The notes under the pieces were generated by a model. It was given only the letters and a program-made list of their open reading frames with translations. It searched no databases and was not told where the DNA came from. From Hemiscyllium ocellatum (lineage: Eukaryota), in NCBI RefSeq assembly GCF_020745735.1, contig NC_083410.1, positions 44,366,117-44,430,116 on the forward strand: a DNA stretch of 64,000 nucleotides, read 5' to 3'. Position numbers and translations under genes: made by a program. Below, piece after piece: positions 11,891 to 26,184 of the stretch. The stretch's first letter is position 1. Each line of letters begins with the position of its first letter.

Positions 11891-11929
11891 GTTCAGAAGG
11901 AATTTGCTTAATATTTTCTATTATCTCTC

Positions 11930-12215
11930 CTGTTAATGTCCATTTTGTTGGAAGTCAAAGTCATTTGGAATTGTTTGGCATTTTGAGAAAGAGAAATGTT
12001 CCTGAAGTGCCAGATGATAATTACATTTACTCCATGTTCACTTGATTATCGACAAACCTATAGGGTTTAACAGCGGTGTTCCTCTCACCCTTTGTTCTAT
12101 AATGGTGATGTCTGTTGTCTATGTTACAACAATGGCTGTAATTTACAAGCATTTCATTGGCTATAGTTTGCTTTGGTTCATCATGAGGATGTTAAAGATG
12201 ATATATAACTTTGTT
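11930..12215 (+). mobile_element. Ancient DeuSINE/SacSINE-like remnant with L2-type tail
   Basis: ttacaacaatggct..caagcatttcattggctatagtttgctttgg..tgaggatgttaaagatgatatataa resembles the 3' part of shark DeuSINEs as I recall them. Confidence 0.5.
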
Positions 12216-12561
12216 TCAATGCTGCTGTTTTGATCTTTCATGTTCTAGTAGATTGGCAATTCTTCAAGCTTTTTCCTTCTTTCAGAGTAGGCCGCACTTG
12301 AGACTAGGAAGTCCACAGTGTGAGAACTGATACTAATGTCATTATTTTTAATTCACATGCAGTGCAATCTCTTACCAGTTCCAAATCAACTTCTAAACAG
12401 TGCGAAACCTCACTGACCTTTTGTGAACCTAGGTGTGATATCATTGGGTTATCATGTGATAAGATTGAATATTTTAGCAATTTGTCAAATAATTTTTTAA
12501 AAATTAAATATTTTAGACTATAATTCAGATTATTCTGCTCTTTTCCACATGTCTATGCTGA

Positions 12562-12756
<195 letters not shown>

Positions 12757-13972
12757 CAGGCAAATACTTAGCTCAATGGAAAGAACTCCAACCATAACTC
12801 AAAAAAACAGGAAGACAATGGTATATGTGGTCACAAAATTACGTCCTTCAAACATTATCCTTAATTTGTGTTTTGAATTCAGCACACGTGCTTATTTCTG
12901 GGTAGTTGTCAATGCTGATTTACTGTATTAGTTGTTATGGAGGTTTCTAGATATTAGGAAGTGAATTTAATTGCTGTACACTGATACACAAGGCCAAAGG
13001 TTTTAGCAGCCATTATTCCATTCTATCCAAAAGGTGGTGATTGCAAGTTGACTGAGGCTGCAGATGTGAATTTTTTATGAAATATGGCAGTAGTCTGACT
13101 CTTCCAATCCCCATAACATGAATATCTCTGAATGATTTGCAAGTTTGTCATTATATTGCTACTACTGTATTGAAAAGATAGAGATAGATGTCTTGAATGG
13201 CAATAACACTGCTCCAAAGAGAACTCGAACTAAATGCAACCTGTATAAGCAGTTCAGAAATACTTTTAGTGACTCCTTAATATCTGGAAGCCTTTTTGAT
13301 TTTGTTAAAGTAAATTTATTTCAAATTTAATGTTGTGTTTTGTTCCACTCAAACAAAAGTATGTACACTGATGGGGAATGAAAGGGTTTTATTAGCATGA
13401 CAAAAAGAATAAAGAGAGACTTAATTGTTAAATATGTTGCTTACTTCAGAACGTTTACTTCGAGTTCAGTTGAATTTTAGATTTCATTTTGTCAATTGAG
13501 CGTTCTATCTTGCTAAAACTTTTACACATGCCAAATTGAAACCATGTGTTACAATGACCTACTTTGGTAAGGTCCTAGTTGCTCTGCCATATTGGACAGT
13601 GATTATTGTGATTATACTGAGCATTCGAGTATTTTATTCTGGAAAAAGAGAGCCAGCAGACAGCTGATTACTGAACTTGACTATATCTTGTTCTTTAATC
13701 AGTTTAATGTGCTAAATTCTTGCAAATAGAACTGGTTTTAGATTTCTTCACAGATCGCGTCAGCTAACAGCCTTTTTAAAATCCTTACACAGTCCAGTTT
13801 CTGAACAGTGCCATGCATTTTAGAAATATAATCTGTTTATTGGATTCTCTCCTAAATTAGATGTTTTGATTTAGCTAATCTACCCATTAATTTGTACTAC
13901 AGTTTGTGAGAAATTACCTTACTTAATATCATAAATGATGTTAAATCTAAAAAACAAATTCTGTTTAATAAA
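12757..13972 (+). other. Probable gpatch2 3'UTR with candidate polyadenylation signals
   Basis: Repeat-free AT-rich sequence after the stop; AATAAA at 13408-13413 and 13967-13972. The true 3' end cannot be fixed from sequence alone. Confidence 0.5.
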
Positions 13973-16900
13973 ACAGAAAACAGTTCCACATATTTGATCA
14001 TGAATTATAAATCTTTCATAGATTTTGTAGCGCTTTCTTGTTATTTTGTTCTATGACAAAGGCCAAAGTACCAACATGTAACAGCCAATGTCCTGAATAT
14101 CTGCCTGAGAGGTACTCCAGATGTTGCCCCAAAAAGCATATTCTACAATCAAAACTGATATACTTTTAGCAGTGTCGCAATTTGTATAAGTTCTGTGCAG
14201 TTGCAAGTCAAGAGAAGCTATATAAAATGTTGTGTAATGGTGAAAGGATTACAAAGGTAAGATCAATACCCCTGTACACAGTCTGAGCAAAGAGAGTAGA
14301 TTCAGAAAAAAATGCAGTTAATTGCAGGGATTTCTGAGATCATAAGTATAAATAGAAATTTACGTGGGGGTTGGAATTTACTTAATGCAGTAGTTAATTA
14401 AATTGAAGTTCTTGTTCTTTGATTTCTCAAGTAGAAGTGAATTTAATCTCAGTTGAAAGAACTACGGTGAAAGGGACTGACAATTTTGTTTTAATTTTCA
14501 ATATTTTTTTCCATTTTATTCCTGGGCTAGTTTAGTTTTGAAGTTTTTCTCAGTTTCTTAATTCTGTCAGTTTGTATCTAAATTGCACTACTTGATGGTT
14601 TAACATTTTCCTGATTCATAATTAGACAACAATATGAGAGTCCTTTAGTGGACCAAGAAGGAAAAAGCCAGTGTTCTGTTCTTTAGAATGTGCAGTTATT
14701 GTTTGAAAGATGATTTTTATTATCTTACATTCCACAGAGTGTTAACTTAAGAACAGAGCAGGCATATCTGTGTCAAATACCTTAATTGGACAACTCTGCT
14801 TCATGACATATCTTAAAAAAAAACAGAGCTACAGGGTCGTCGGGCTGAAACATGTGATATGAGCGATAAAAGAAAATCTGCCCTCTGTTATAAATGAGCC
14901 CAATTATAGGCATATTGTTATTGCTCCAGAGGCAGTAGTTTTGCATTCTGTGAGAAGTAATGGAGTAAATCACAAGCAGTTCTAATGCAAAGAAATGACA
15001 TAACATTGGGACATTATGGTGTGCAATAGATCTGAATTGACAAAAACTACTTAAAATCAATATATATAAAAAAAGTATTATGTTAATAACTATTGTCTGG
15101 AAGGATGATTGGGGTAATTTACCCATAACAGGAGAGTTATCTGTTGTTGATATGGTATAACTAATTTTCTTTTTCATTTCTTGAAGGACTGGAGCAACTT
15201 ATGAATGAAAAAGCAATAGGCCAAATTTCCAGCCTATGTTGCATGAGTCTTTAAAATCAAATCCTGTTTTGTTAACAACATTATATTAGAAAGAAAACTT
15301 GTAATCGTGCAGTTTGAGCTCTTTTTTTTCAGTCTGACAATTCTGGTGGTGGCATCGAGCAATCAAAATCAGGAATGAAGTTCTAGGTGTTTTCTCTCAC
15401 ATTGTACTATTGTCCCAAATTCCAATAACAATTTCAATTGGATATAATAATGGCGTATAACCTGATTTGTCTTTTTTATGCATTTTGAGCTTGTTCTTGC
15501 TTTCAATGTGCACCTAGTGAAATGTCTTGTGCTTACTACAATATGATGTGTAGACCCTCAAATTTCTTCATAAGAAGATCATGTTCACTTAATAGTTAAG
15601 AATCAGCATTATTTCTCTGCACGAAATGTTTGAGAGAATGTAGCTGTTCTTAGACTTAATTATTTACCCAATAATTTGAAAGTGTACAAATAACCAACAA
15701 GATGGAATAATTCTCATCTGGCATTTTGCAAACAAACAAATAAATGAATACCCCACCTCCCATTTGTGTGATCATTCCCATTTATAAATTGATATTCTTA
15801 CTCTTTTCATTGAACACCTATTAGTTACTTAATTTATTTTCCTAACTCACTGTAAAAACATTGGTCTTGAGTTTCCATTAAATTACATTGTTATTTTAAG
15901 AAATTTCAATCATAATTAGCCAAATCAGAGCAAATGCTAGAGAGAGTTAAATGCTAATTGTGTACAGTGTGAATTGAATGTGCACCAATTTTGTGTCTAG
16001 CTCAAAAAGCTCCATGGTGGGAACTGACCTGCCCCACCAAGCCCACACCCAGATCAAGGTAGTCACGGGTGACTTTCCACCAATTGTGTCAATTAGTGCG
16101 CCATCAAGAAATGTTAACGCTACATTGTTTTTTTTTCTGAGGCATATGATCACTAAAAAACATATTGAAAAAGATTTCAATTAAATAAAAGATAATTTAT
16201 AGAAAGTTGACTCCTGGAGCCCCTTGTAACCATTGAATGGTTCTGTACATAATTTTAAATCATGTTTAGTTATTTAAGATCTGATTACGCACAGACAAGT
16301 GGTAGACTAAACACTGATTAAACATCCTTATTTGTGATAAGCATATTTTTAGCTGCATTAATACAAGTGTACCAGTTTACAGCTCTTAAATATTGTTGCA
16401 AAGCCAAACTCAGTTGAAAAGAAAATGCATTTTTCTTAATAAAAATACAGAAGTAGCACTCCAGTGACTTGAAATGTCAACATCTAAGATGGCTGAATAC
16501 TTGCACAATTGTACAGCATAAATTCCAATGCCATTTTAAGAGGGGAGCCGTCATACCCTCCTCACCCAATTGTAACAATATATAAAGGAATATTGTTTCA
16601 TTGCAAACAAGAGGTGTCCTAATATAGTGCCTAATTATGGTGGCTAATGACAGAAACTTGAGCAAAAAGGACAAATTTTGAGAATTATTGCAATTTTGAG
16701 TGCAATTTACTTACAGATTGCCAATTGTGCCAAAGCTGATATTCTACCTCTAAATATTCTTAAATTTGACAAGGTTGTGAGCATTACACGGCATAGCATT
16801 AATTAGCCTGCTGCCTATTCTGTTTGTAAGGTAACATTAGAGACCCTATTTTGCAAGTTCGGACTGCGAAAGCAATCTATTGCTGCCTCGAAGTCTGCCA

Positions 16901-18372
16901 TTTGCTGTCTCCTTCCTCTTTTGCCCAGGCTGGAATCTCCTGCTGTGCCAGGCAACCTTACCCTTATGATTGCTTTCACCCCTGTTCAGTCGACTATTCC
17001 TTTCTGAACACAACCTTTCTCTTCTAGTCTCCCACCCAAATATACTCACCAGTTGCCTAGCCACTTCATTCCCAATCAACTTTATATTGTATCCTGGACA
17101 CTGCCTTCCTCCCAAATGATTCATCTTGCTTCCCAGGGCACTCCCTGTCAACTTCACTCTCTCCCTGTTGATCATATCTCCCATTTACCTTGTTGCTGTC
17201 TCCCAATCATGCTTGTGCTCTCTTAGCCAGCATCTCCTATAATTGTTTTCTGTCATTCTCCCAGTCACATCCCTCACTCCTGACCAATTCCTTGCAGTCA
17301 ACCCTCCTTCTTGACCACCTGTTCCCATCCCCCCACCACCACCCAGCTAAAATCTGCCAGCAGTACAGTTATCTGAATTTACAAGTTCTAGAGCAAATAA
17401 TGAAGGAATGAGATATAGTACCATTTAACTTTTATTTTAACTTTTGGCCACCTGGGTAGTAAATAACACTCAACTGCTCTAACTGGTCCATACATTGTTA
17501 GTTCAACAGCATCGATGACAGACTCGCTCATGTTTATCTACATCCTAGTCATGTTAAAGAAACAGCTAGATGAAAGAATACTATGGCAATAGTGTCAAAA
17601 AGACAGATCCTATTTCCCTCTGAATTTGAATGCCAACTTTGTTTACTTAACCTAGTTAGATTAGAGAAGCAGTTGGAAGGTTAAAACTGAGTTATGTTAA
17701 GTTGTAACAACTGATGTGAAGGGTTCCTATTTTACCTCTGACTATGAAATTGACAGTATTAATCAGTTCTGGGCAATCATTCCAGAAAACCAGAGTGACT
17801 TCTAGTAGAATTGGCCTGACACTTCTGTATAATGTACTTGGAAATGCTGAGACATTCATTCACTTCTCTAAAAGTAAACAGCTGGCCTCAGACTGAAGAT
17901 TTTATGCTATTGCAACCTTTCACAGCTGAGCCCAGTGGACTGAACCCAAGTTGAGATACTCACACCGTTAATTCCACACTTCAGCAGTAAAGGTTTCTGT
18001 TCTTTGATTGTGCAGGTGGCCTGTGACTCTCAAAAATTATGCTACAAAAGACTGCAAGCGCTTGGTTTGATGCCCAGTTTTTTTTTCATCTTGCAATCCC
18101 ACTTATTTGAACATGACAGGCATTTGCAGGGCTATTCTTTTGCAAGAGAGAAAGGTATGTTGAAATGGGTGGTGAAAGTTAATAATGCAGTGTTCGGTTC
18201 CATTTGTAATTCCTCAGAAAAATAAGCAACATTTGCTTGCACATAGTAAAATTTGGACAATATTCAATTCTGGGCTAAGATGTGGCCAGGAAGATTCACG
18301 CCACATAAGGACCAGGCAATGACTATCTCCAACAAGAAACAGTTAGACCATCTTCTTCCTTGGTTTTCACAA

Positions 18373-19584
18373 TTGTTCCTTTTTTGTTGCATTTTTGGTT
18401 TGGAATAGTTTGGTTTGCAGTTGAGAATTGAACTATGAACAACAGCTTGTTTTCAAAGAAGAAGGAATTTTAAAAAAGTAAACATATTGTTGGAAACTGG
18501 CCTGGGAAAATAACGGAGGTTAATTACTGCTGTAAAAACTTTGGAGACAATTCGGCATCAAGATTTTGTTATGTTCAGGGACTAGCTGCTGATAAGGTGT
18601 TGAATTGGTCAATCCAGGGAGGACTAGTGCCGGGCAGCCAAACACAAAGAACTTTGAAAAAGAAAGAGAAAACAAAGAGTGAACTGGCTCTCATTAGATT
18701 TTGGGCAGGCTAATTTATGGTTTTGCTCTCACTAGTTATTCTCCAGTTATTGACTTGTTGAAAGTTCTGAGAAAATAACCCCAGTTTGGAGTGATAAGGA
18801 AAAATCTGCAGAAGCTGTTTGCATTGATCATAAACATTGGAATTCAAGCAGATATCCATTCCTGTATGACTGTAAGACAATCTTCCAAAGAATTTATCAT
18901 TGAATTGGTTATCAAACTAACAAATTATAATCTTTTTTTATTAGATTAGATTCCCTACAGGTCCTTTGGCCAAACAGCTCCACACTGACCCTCCAAAGAC
19001 TAACCCATCCAGGCCCATTTACCTCTGACTAATGCACCTAACACAATGGGCAATTTAACATGGTGAATTCACCTGAACTGCACATCTTTGGACTGTGGGA
19101 GGAAACTGGAGCATGCGGAGGAAACCTGTGCAGACACGGGGAGAATGTGCAAACTTTCCACACAGGCAGTCACCCGAGGCTGGAATCGAAATTGGGACTC
19201 TGGTGCTGTGAGGCAGTAGTGCTAACCACTGAGCCACCATGCCACCCATTACAAAATGCTGCCCATCTTGCAAAAGCTCATCCCTTAACTGTGTCAAGTT
19301 TTGAGAGTGTAGGTTTGTAACCAAAGGAAATTCAGCTTTTGATTGTAGATATTAATTAGATTGTCTTGCTGTCATCTATTTTCTGCTACAGTTACATCAT
19401 TAAAAATGAAGTATTGATTTTTGTGTAAGTTATAATCTTAGTGTCCAAGATTTGTTATTTGCAAAGTCTAGTTAAGAACAAATGAGCAATTTTGAGGCTC
19501 ATTGAATGGTCTAAGACCATTGTGTTATGAATCCAGTGCTAGTAAGGCAGATTTGATTTGGCTTGCTACCCCTATGTCATAACA
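18373..19584 (+). mobile_element. Probable solo LTR containing an HE1 SINE
   Basis: About 0.9 kb of non-LINE sequence interrupting the family-B LINE and ending GTCATAACA like the Gypsy LTRs at 1835 and 4423; no clear TSD. Confidence 0.5.
18941..19247 (-). mobile_element. HE1-type tRNA-derived V-SINE
   Basis: Minus strand: GGGTGGCATGGTGGCTCAGTGGTTAGC (A box), B-box region, V-domain (tttcctcccacagtccaaagatgtgcag), tail (aatct)n. Confidence 0.92.
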
Positions 19585-20119
19585 ATACCACTACTAACAT
19601 TGAATTTTCCCCTTCAAACACCCGGTGGTGTCATCATTGACCAGAAATAAAACAATTGGACTATTCACTCCAATACTAATCATTCAGTAGCAGGTCAGTG
19701 ACAGAGAATGTTACATTATGTGGTTCTTCAAAGCTTTTCTACCACCTAAAAACTCAGGAATTTAACAGTCAATCTCCATTTTCCTAAATGAGTACAGCTC
19801 CAACAATGCAAAAGAGGCTTAACACTCGCCAAGAGAAAGCAACCTGCTTTATTGGTATACTATCCACTGCCTTAAATGTTCACACCCTCTTTCATTCAAA
19901 GTGCTATTTGTTTACCATCTACATGATACACTGCAGCAATTTGCCAAATCATCAACAGCATAGCTTTCCAAACAAGTAATTTATATTGCCGAAAGAAAAA
20001 GTGAAGTAACAGCATGGGAGGATTACCATCTTCAAGTATCCTTTCACACCACCCCAACTTGGAACTATAACTTCTTTTCTTCTTTGTCACGGCTAATGAC
20101 CCTGTCCAACACTGTGGAG

Positions 20120-20630
20120 GGGACCTTCCATTGAGAAAAAAACTGAGGACATGTCAGACACACAGATGTCGAAGATGTGATGGAGAAACTGAGGGCTGGA
20201 TTGGAGTCCTTACTGGATGCTGACAATGAGAAAGTATAGCTGAGGTAACTGAAGGAGTCAGTGAGCTGGTCATGGATATTGGTGGACAACCTGTCTTCAG
20301 AAATGGAAAAATCAGTAAAGGGAAGGGAACAAGTAAACATGGACCAGATGAAGATAAGAAAGGAAGAAATTGGATAGGAAATTGACTATTTTTTCTAATT
20401 CCAGATGAGAATTTAGACACAGCATTAATGATGTTGTCATTGTACCAAAGAATGAGTTGTGTTAGAGGGCCCAAGTAGGACTGAAGCAAGGAATGTTCCA
20501 TAAATCCCACAGAGTGACAGGCATGACTGGGATCCATTCAGGTACCCATGGCCACAACTTTTACTTGGATGAAGTGGGATGAGTTAAAGAGAAGTAGTTT
20601 AAAATGTTAGCAAGCTCAGGCAGGCAGGGC
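20120..20630 (-). mobile_element. Penelope-like reverse transcriptase pseudogene fragment
   Basis: Minus-strand DPSHACHSVGFMEHSLLQSYLGPLTQLILWYNDNII (decayed GPSYA..RYIDD) and LPF..FSISEDRLSTNIH..TDSFSYL (PLE RT domain 7/thumb). Confidence 0.8.
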
Positions 20631-23600
20631 AGACATGGCTGGGATGTATGTGATGCCCTAGCTATACATTTTACTTGACCTAGACAATTGCTCAACTCAG
20701 AACTCAGTCAGGCAAAGTCTCCCGGAAAAACAGCAGAAATATTTTTGGGATATCTTGAAAGGAACCCTCAAGATGTTGAGCATGCTACCAGTTTATAGGA
20801 AACCCTGACTTGTGACCAACGAAATGGAGAATGCTCATTCGGGAAGACATTGAATAAATTGATAGACAAAGTTGAGACAGGGACCACACAAACATTAAAA
20901 CAACCTGTCCAGCCAAGCCTTTCAGTACCATCTGCCCCACATGTAGCAGAGTCTGCAGATCACAAATTGGACCTCTCAGTCCTTTCAATGATTCAAAAAC
21001 AAATCATTCTTGATCTTGAGGGATTGTCTTAAAAAAAACACCAAATGGTTTACCTTACTTTTATTCCTGGGGAGCTGTAAGATAAAATAAACTTATTATA
21101 TTCAAAATGCACTGTTGCAGCCACTCCTGGTACATTCAAATACAGCTAAATGAATTTGAAAACAATTTACCAAATTTCAGCATTGCTGGAGTCTAACAGA
21201 CTGCCCCACTAATACAGCTAGCACTAAATGCCAGCACTGTAAGTAATAGGGTCAGATTTTATAATAATGATCTGCAAGTGGCAAGGAAATTTCTGAGCAA
21301 GATCTCTGATACTCATTTGCATGTAATCTTTATTGTTGCACCCTCTTGAGGAACAGTCAGGTACAGACACTAAATAGAACTTGGAAGAAGTTTGTGTGCT
21401 ACTTAGAAGTAAAATACAAACAAAAGATTGGCAAGTATTTTTCAGGAGCTGTTTGGAACCATAGCTGGGGAAATCAGCCCTAGTATCTTATCACTCATTT
21501 TATACATCGATGGATAGTAAACTGGCTATCTTCGTTAATATCTTCCACAGTAGTCTGGCAGATTGCAGTACTTCAGCAGCTCAATACGCTGATGACATTT
21601 ACAGCAAACAAAGAACTGTCCCAGCTACTGGATTGTCTGAACATGTGTCTGAAACAAATGCGATGGGCTGGATTCTAGTCCTGGGGACATGACCCTGATG
21701 TTCAGCACACTTCCATATCCCAACATCAGTTTATTTTACAAATTGGCAATTGGTGGCCTGGGAGTGGGCACAGTGAAAGATGGCAGGCAGGTTCTGGGGC
21801 TGGAGGGTCAACAAGACACTTTCAACCCTGAGAAACTGTGTACACCCTACTGTGAAAGGTGGGAGGTACTGATATATGTATGTACAAGAGGACAGCACCA
21901 TCTTGAGGCACCCTCTGAAGACCTTTCATAAAGTGGAGGAGAACTGGCCAGAGCTGCCTGATTCTCACTTGGAGTATGTTACCCAGCCTCACGGAGCTGC
22001 CTATCGCTGTAGCTGCAGTTACCTCGATATGAAAGGAGCAGGGACTGGAGCTTAAAATGCTGCCAGGTCATTTGCCCTCCTGCTCCTTCTATCCTTCACA
22101 GTTTGCCCCCAGGAGCCTCCTTAATGCATTGACTGGGCTTCTGCTGCCATTGAGCCAGATGCCTCAGATCCTGGCGTCGACTTATACTTTAATCGTTTTA
22201 ACAGACTACCCTTTGCCTGCAGGAAGGTAGCTTCTACCCACCTGAATCAGTTTCTGCTTAAGGCAGTAACATGTCCACAAACAAGCTCGTCACACTCTCT
22301 CCCTGGTTCTGTCTATAATAGAAATCAAACATTTAGCCCCATTCCTCGCACAGAGCTTTATTAATGAGTTGAAGGTGAGGACAAATCTTCCAAAGCACAT
22401 TCGGGTATGATTTATCAGAGCCGAGATGTGTACACATATTCTCGGAAATGTCATCATACGTACATGAGATGATTACTCAATGAATTGTCCTTTTCATTTA
22501 CTTAATGCAGCAGAAAGCGCAAAAAGATTCACAATTCCCTTGCTTTATATACTGCAAATTATACGCAGCAACAATGGAAAATGCCTGGATGCAAAACAAT
22601 TTGCAAAATTGTTCTAAAATTTGCAAAACATATATACAAAAGAACCAAATACAGAATGGATTGGTACTGAACTATTAAGTCACAAAAGAAGCAGCTACCA
22701 ATCTCACAGACAACCACTATCTAGTTTTAAGAGGATCAACTCTAAAACAGGTAAGAGCTGTTGTTCAGTCATGCACCCATTTTATAAAGGCAAAATGACC
22801 ATTATGGCTGGCATACAGGTTAAAATAAAGAAATATAATAGCATACTTGATATAAAGAAGTGTTTCATGGAATTGAGGCTTACACTAACTAATAGTGTAA
22901 CCTCCTCAGCACTCTCAAAATCTGCCCTTGTGCAAAATAGGCAAACAACTTAATACCTGAATTTAAGTAACAAGACTCTGATCTTTCCAAACCGTGTCTC
23001 AAAAATCAGGACATTTAATTCATCATTTCAACATTTTTTAAGCTTTGTTTGAAAAGATTTTTTTTCTCTCTAGTATTCTGCATAGCTTTATTTGCAAGAT
23101 TGGAGTGCTAGCTAAAAAGCACATCTAAAACAAAGCATTCACTTATCTAGAATGTCTAAAGCTAGAGTTCTCTACTGGAATAGGTGACAAAGGCCTAATT
23201 AATCAGTTTGCTCATTCAGACACTATAGCAATTAGTAGGTACATTTATTACAATGCACACGCTGCCAGCTTGAATCCAGAGTCAATTCCTGGAATTTAGT
23301 GGCTATTACTGTTAAAATGACAGTCTTAGAATGTAAGTCTGAATAATGGCTGCCTGACAGCCAATTTAATTACATTATCTACGTCTTCAAGATGGACGAT
23401 GTTTTTCACAACTAGATATAGACCACCTACCTGTCACCTCTTACCCTCTAACTGGACAAACAAGTACCATTAAAAGCATGCTTGAGCCACAGTGTGTCAC
23501 AAACATATCAAATTGTGAGCCTTGTGAATCATACTATATATTTACACGCTGATGACTCATAAGACCAAATGGTTTGCTTTAAGTGCTTTCTGTTCTGCTG

Positions 23601-24444
23601 GAAGCTGCATCTCATTTTAAATACCCATTTCTTTTGCTGTTTTTTTTTGCTGCAGTTGATATGCAATTGTCAACTGGACCATGAAGGCCCCTTCTGCTAG
23701 TCTCCTACCAAGCACAGACGCACCTGACATTTTGAGTTGTCCTGGCTTCCATTCTTCACAGTCAGCAACACTAAATGCCAGTTCTCCATTTGTATGCTCT
23801 AGTATTGCAGCGCTTGGCCTTTTCCATACTTGCAGCTCATTCCTCTGAGTCTTTGCATCCATTTTTAAATTTCCACATGAGATAAATCATACTGGTGTTC
23901 TATTAATATTATCAGCGGTGCATCTTAAGTTAGACTTTACATAAGTGCCATTCCAAAGTTATAGCATCTCTTTATATTTCACCTCTATAGTAAACATAGA
24001 ATCTAAAGCAACTTTTTTTTTGTGAGCTTCTTTCAGAAGAAATTAAGCAACCACTCAAATTTTAGGATGATTAAGGAGAATTAAATTATAGTTGGAGTTA
24101 AATTATTATCATAAGTGGGAAATCAAGATGAAACAATAACAGAAATACTGAGCGTGCTGTATGTTTTTTGGAGAATTCTAAAAGCAGTCACGCGGAAGCT
24201 GCGCCTTGACTATCAGTTTGAGCATCACTGTCTGTCATTGTGATCAATAGCAGCAGTAATATATCAGCTACATCAATGAAATTCACTGAAGTGTTAGATT
24301 AATAGAAACAAAAAGTCAAGAATGAATTTCAGATTGTTTAGAGTTCAAGAACAGTCAAAATTAAACTTTTAAATTATCACCAGTTGCTCTCCCATGGCAG
24401 TCCATCAACACTATAAAGTTGAGTGCCAGAGTGCATGGGAAGAA

Positions 24445-24840
24445 AGGCTTGCAATTGTACAGCAGCTTGTCACACCTTTCTAAAACATCTCAAAGCACGG
24501 CATTTTTGTATTGACTTCATATAGAAGTAATTCTTAATAAAATACAAGCACATCCATATCTGACAAATGATGCAGGGACATAAATAGTTAGCTGTAAACT
24601 ATTTTTGGTGGTGTAATTTTGTAGCGTTCATTCAGGAAATAGTGCTGGTTAGAGAACAGGATAACTCCCTTTTCTTTTTAGAAACAAAAGCATGGAAATT
24701 TAGCATGCACGTGAAGAAACAGTTTGGGTTTTTGATTAATTTCTTGCCTGAGTGGCAACACCACTGACAATGAAACACTAAGTTTTAGTATTGATTGTGT
24801 TCACTTTCTCGGACGAAGCTCAAGTACACCACTAACAAGT
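24445..24840 (-). mobile_element. Ancient DeuSINE-like remnant
   Basis: cttgcaattgtacagc..aaaacatctcaaagcac (reverse L2-like tail) and ataactccct..catggaaatttagcatgcacgtga..accactgacaatg (reverse Deu-domain-like). Confidence 0.5.
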
Positions 24841-26184
24841 GGCACTCATCTGTAGGCAGTAGAGAATCTCTGCCAAACAGAATGCCAAGTGTTCAAATCC
24901 AAGAGTTCTGCCATTTGAGTTCACCAGCCGCGCACCCCCCCCGGTCAAAGTTAGGTTTGTCAGTTTTCTGCTTGGTTGGCAAAAGCAGGGGCCATTATGG
25001 CTGAATGCTCTATCTACAAGGAGTGAGCTGTCACAAGCAGCTCGTTTCAATATAAAGCATTTCCTATTGACCAAGTTTAAAGCAAAATTGGCAGAGTTGT
25101 TTGCAGCTGGATTTTCTGTCCAAATGAAACTGCATGAGATTAAATGGATATTTTCTGGAATCATTCACTGAAGCATATAGTACTAACTCAAGACCCAATC
25201 TCGACTATGCTGGAATAGTAGAGACTTTTCATAAATTAAAAGGATATGAGAATGATGAGGTCCCTGGAAAAATGGTAAGTTGCTCCATAACATTCTCCCA
25301 TCCATAATTTTGCTCTTGTCCGTATTGCCTCCCCATCTTTGAAATGTTATTTTCACAGGAGATTTGCGAGACAAATTGACAACATTTCTCACCTTTTTAA
25401 TCAGAAGGAGGACTGCTGAAGGAGTTTGGGGAAGAAATTTGTAGAGTACTGACAAATCAATATAAAGGAATTATTGAACATCACATAAATGGGCTAGCTC
25501 TTTTATTAAAATAATAGCCAAAGGAATGTCAGCTAGGAGTATTAAACATTCATTTGGAAATAGTCAACACTCATTCTTAGCCTATTTTTTAAACATAAAA
25601 TATAAACATTAAAAGGAGGATAATAATTGCTTTCTGCACCGCATTTTATCAGCCTCATCAGGTATCATTTAGATTAATCACATTCAAAAATAAATTGTGT
25701 CGGGTTATGAGAGCTACAGCAAATAACATACTTTTTTATCCTTACCTTCCACTCCTACATCACATAGCAACAGCAGTCCCAGTGCAACATTCATTGCACT
25801 CACCAATACGTTTGCCAAACAGCATCATTAACAACAAATACTATTCAGAATAAGCGTACACACAGTAAACAATACTTCATCTCAAACTTTTTATATTCTA
25901 TGCAAAAAGTTAAAAAAAAGAACAAACAGCTTGCAAGCATAGTAGAGTTAGTTGTTGCTGTTCATTTCACAGCTTTTCAAAAAACAAGACTCGTCCCCAA
26001 GATTCAAACAGAATTTCATAGAAATCTGTATCTACACTAAAAAGACATACTTCACCTCTATTGAAATTTTGTTGTGGACATGACATGACATCATTAGATG
26101 ATGTATATACAAAAGTTACCCATTGAGAAAAAGGTTTCACTTCACTAATGTCTGAAGATTGGGTGTATCCAGCAGTCCCAGATG

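Larger units (their letters stand above)
18245..20115 (+). mobile_element. CR1/L2-group LINE (family B) 3' part, split by a solo LTR
   Basis: tgggctaagatgtggccagg..ccaggcaatgactatctccaacaag (18245-18362) resumes at 19585 (cattgaccagaaa..atgagtacagctccaacaa); collinear with the copies at 26185 and 61899. Confidence 0.7.

Noticed and set aside
12975-13372. TGTACACTGAT occurring twice in the 3'UTR (12975, 13362) and scattered miRNA-seed-like 7-mers
   Set aside because: Short matches in AT-rich DNA that cannot be supported without conservation data.
16850-17400. Pyrimidine-rich stretch resembling a decayed PLE 3' region
   Set aside because: Too degenerate; no ribozyme core, TSD or coding motif that I can confirm.
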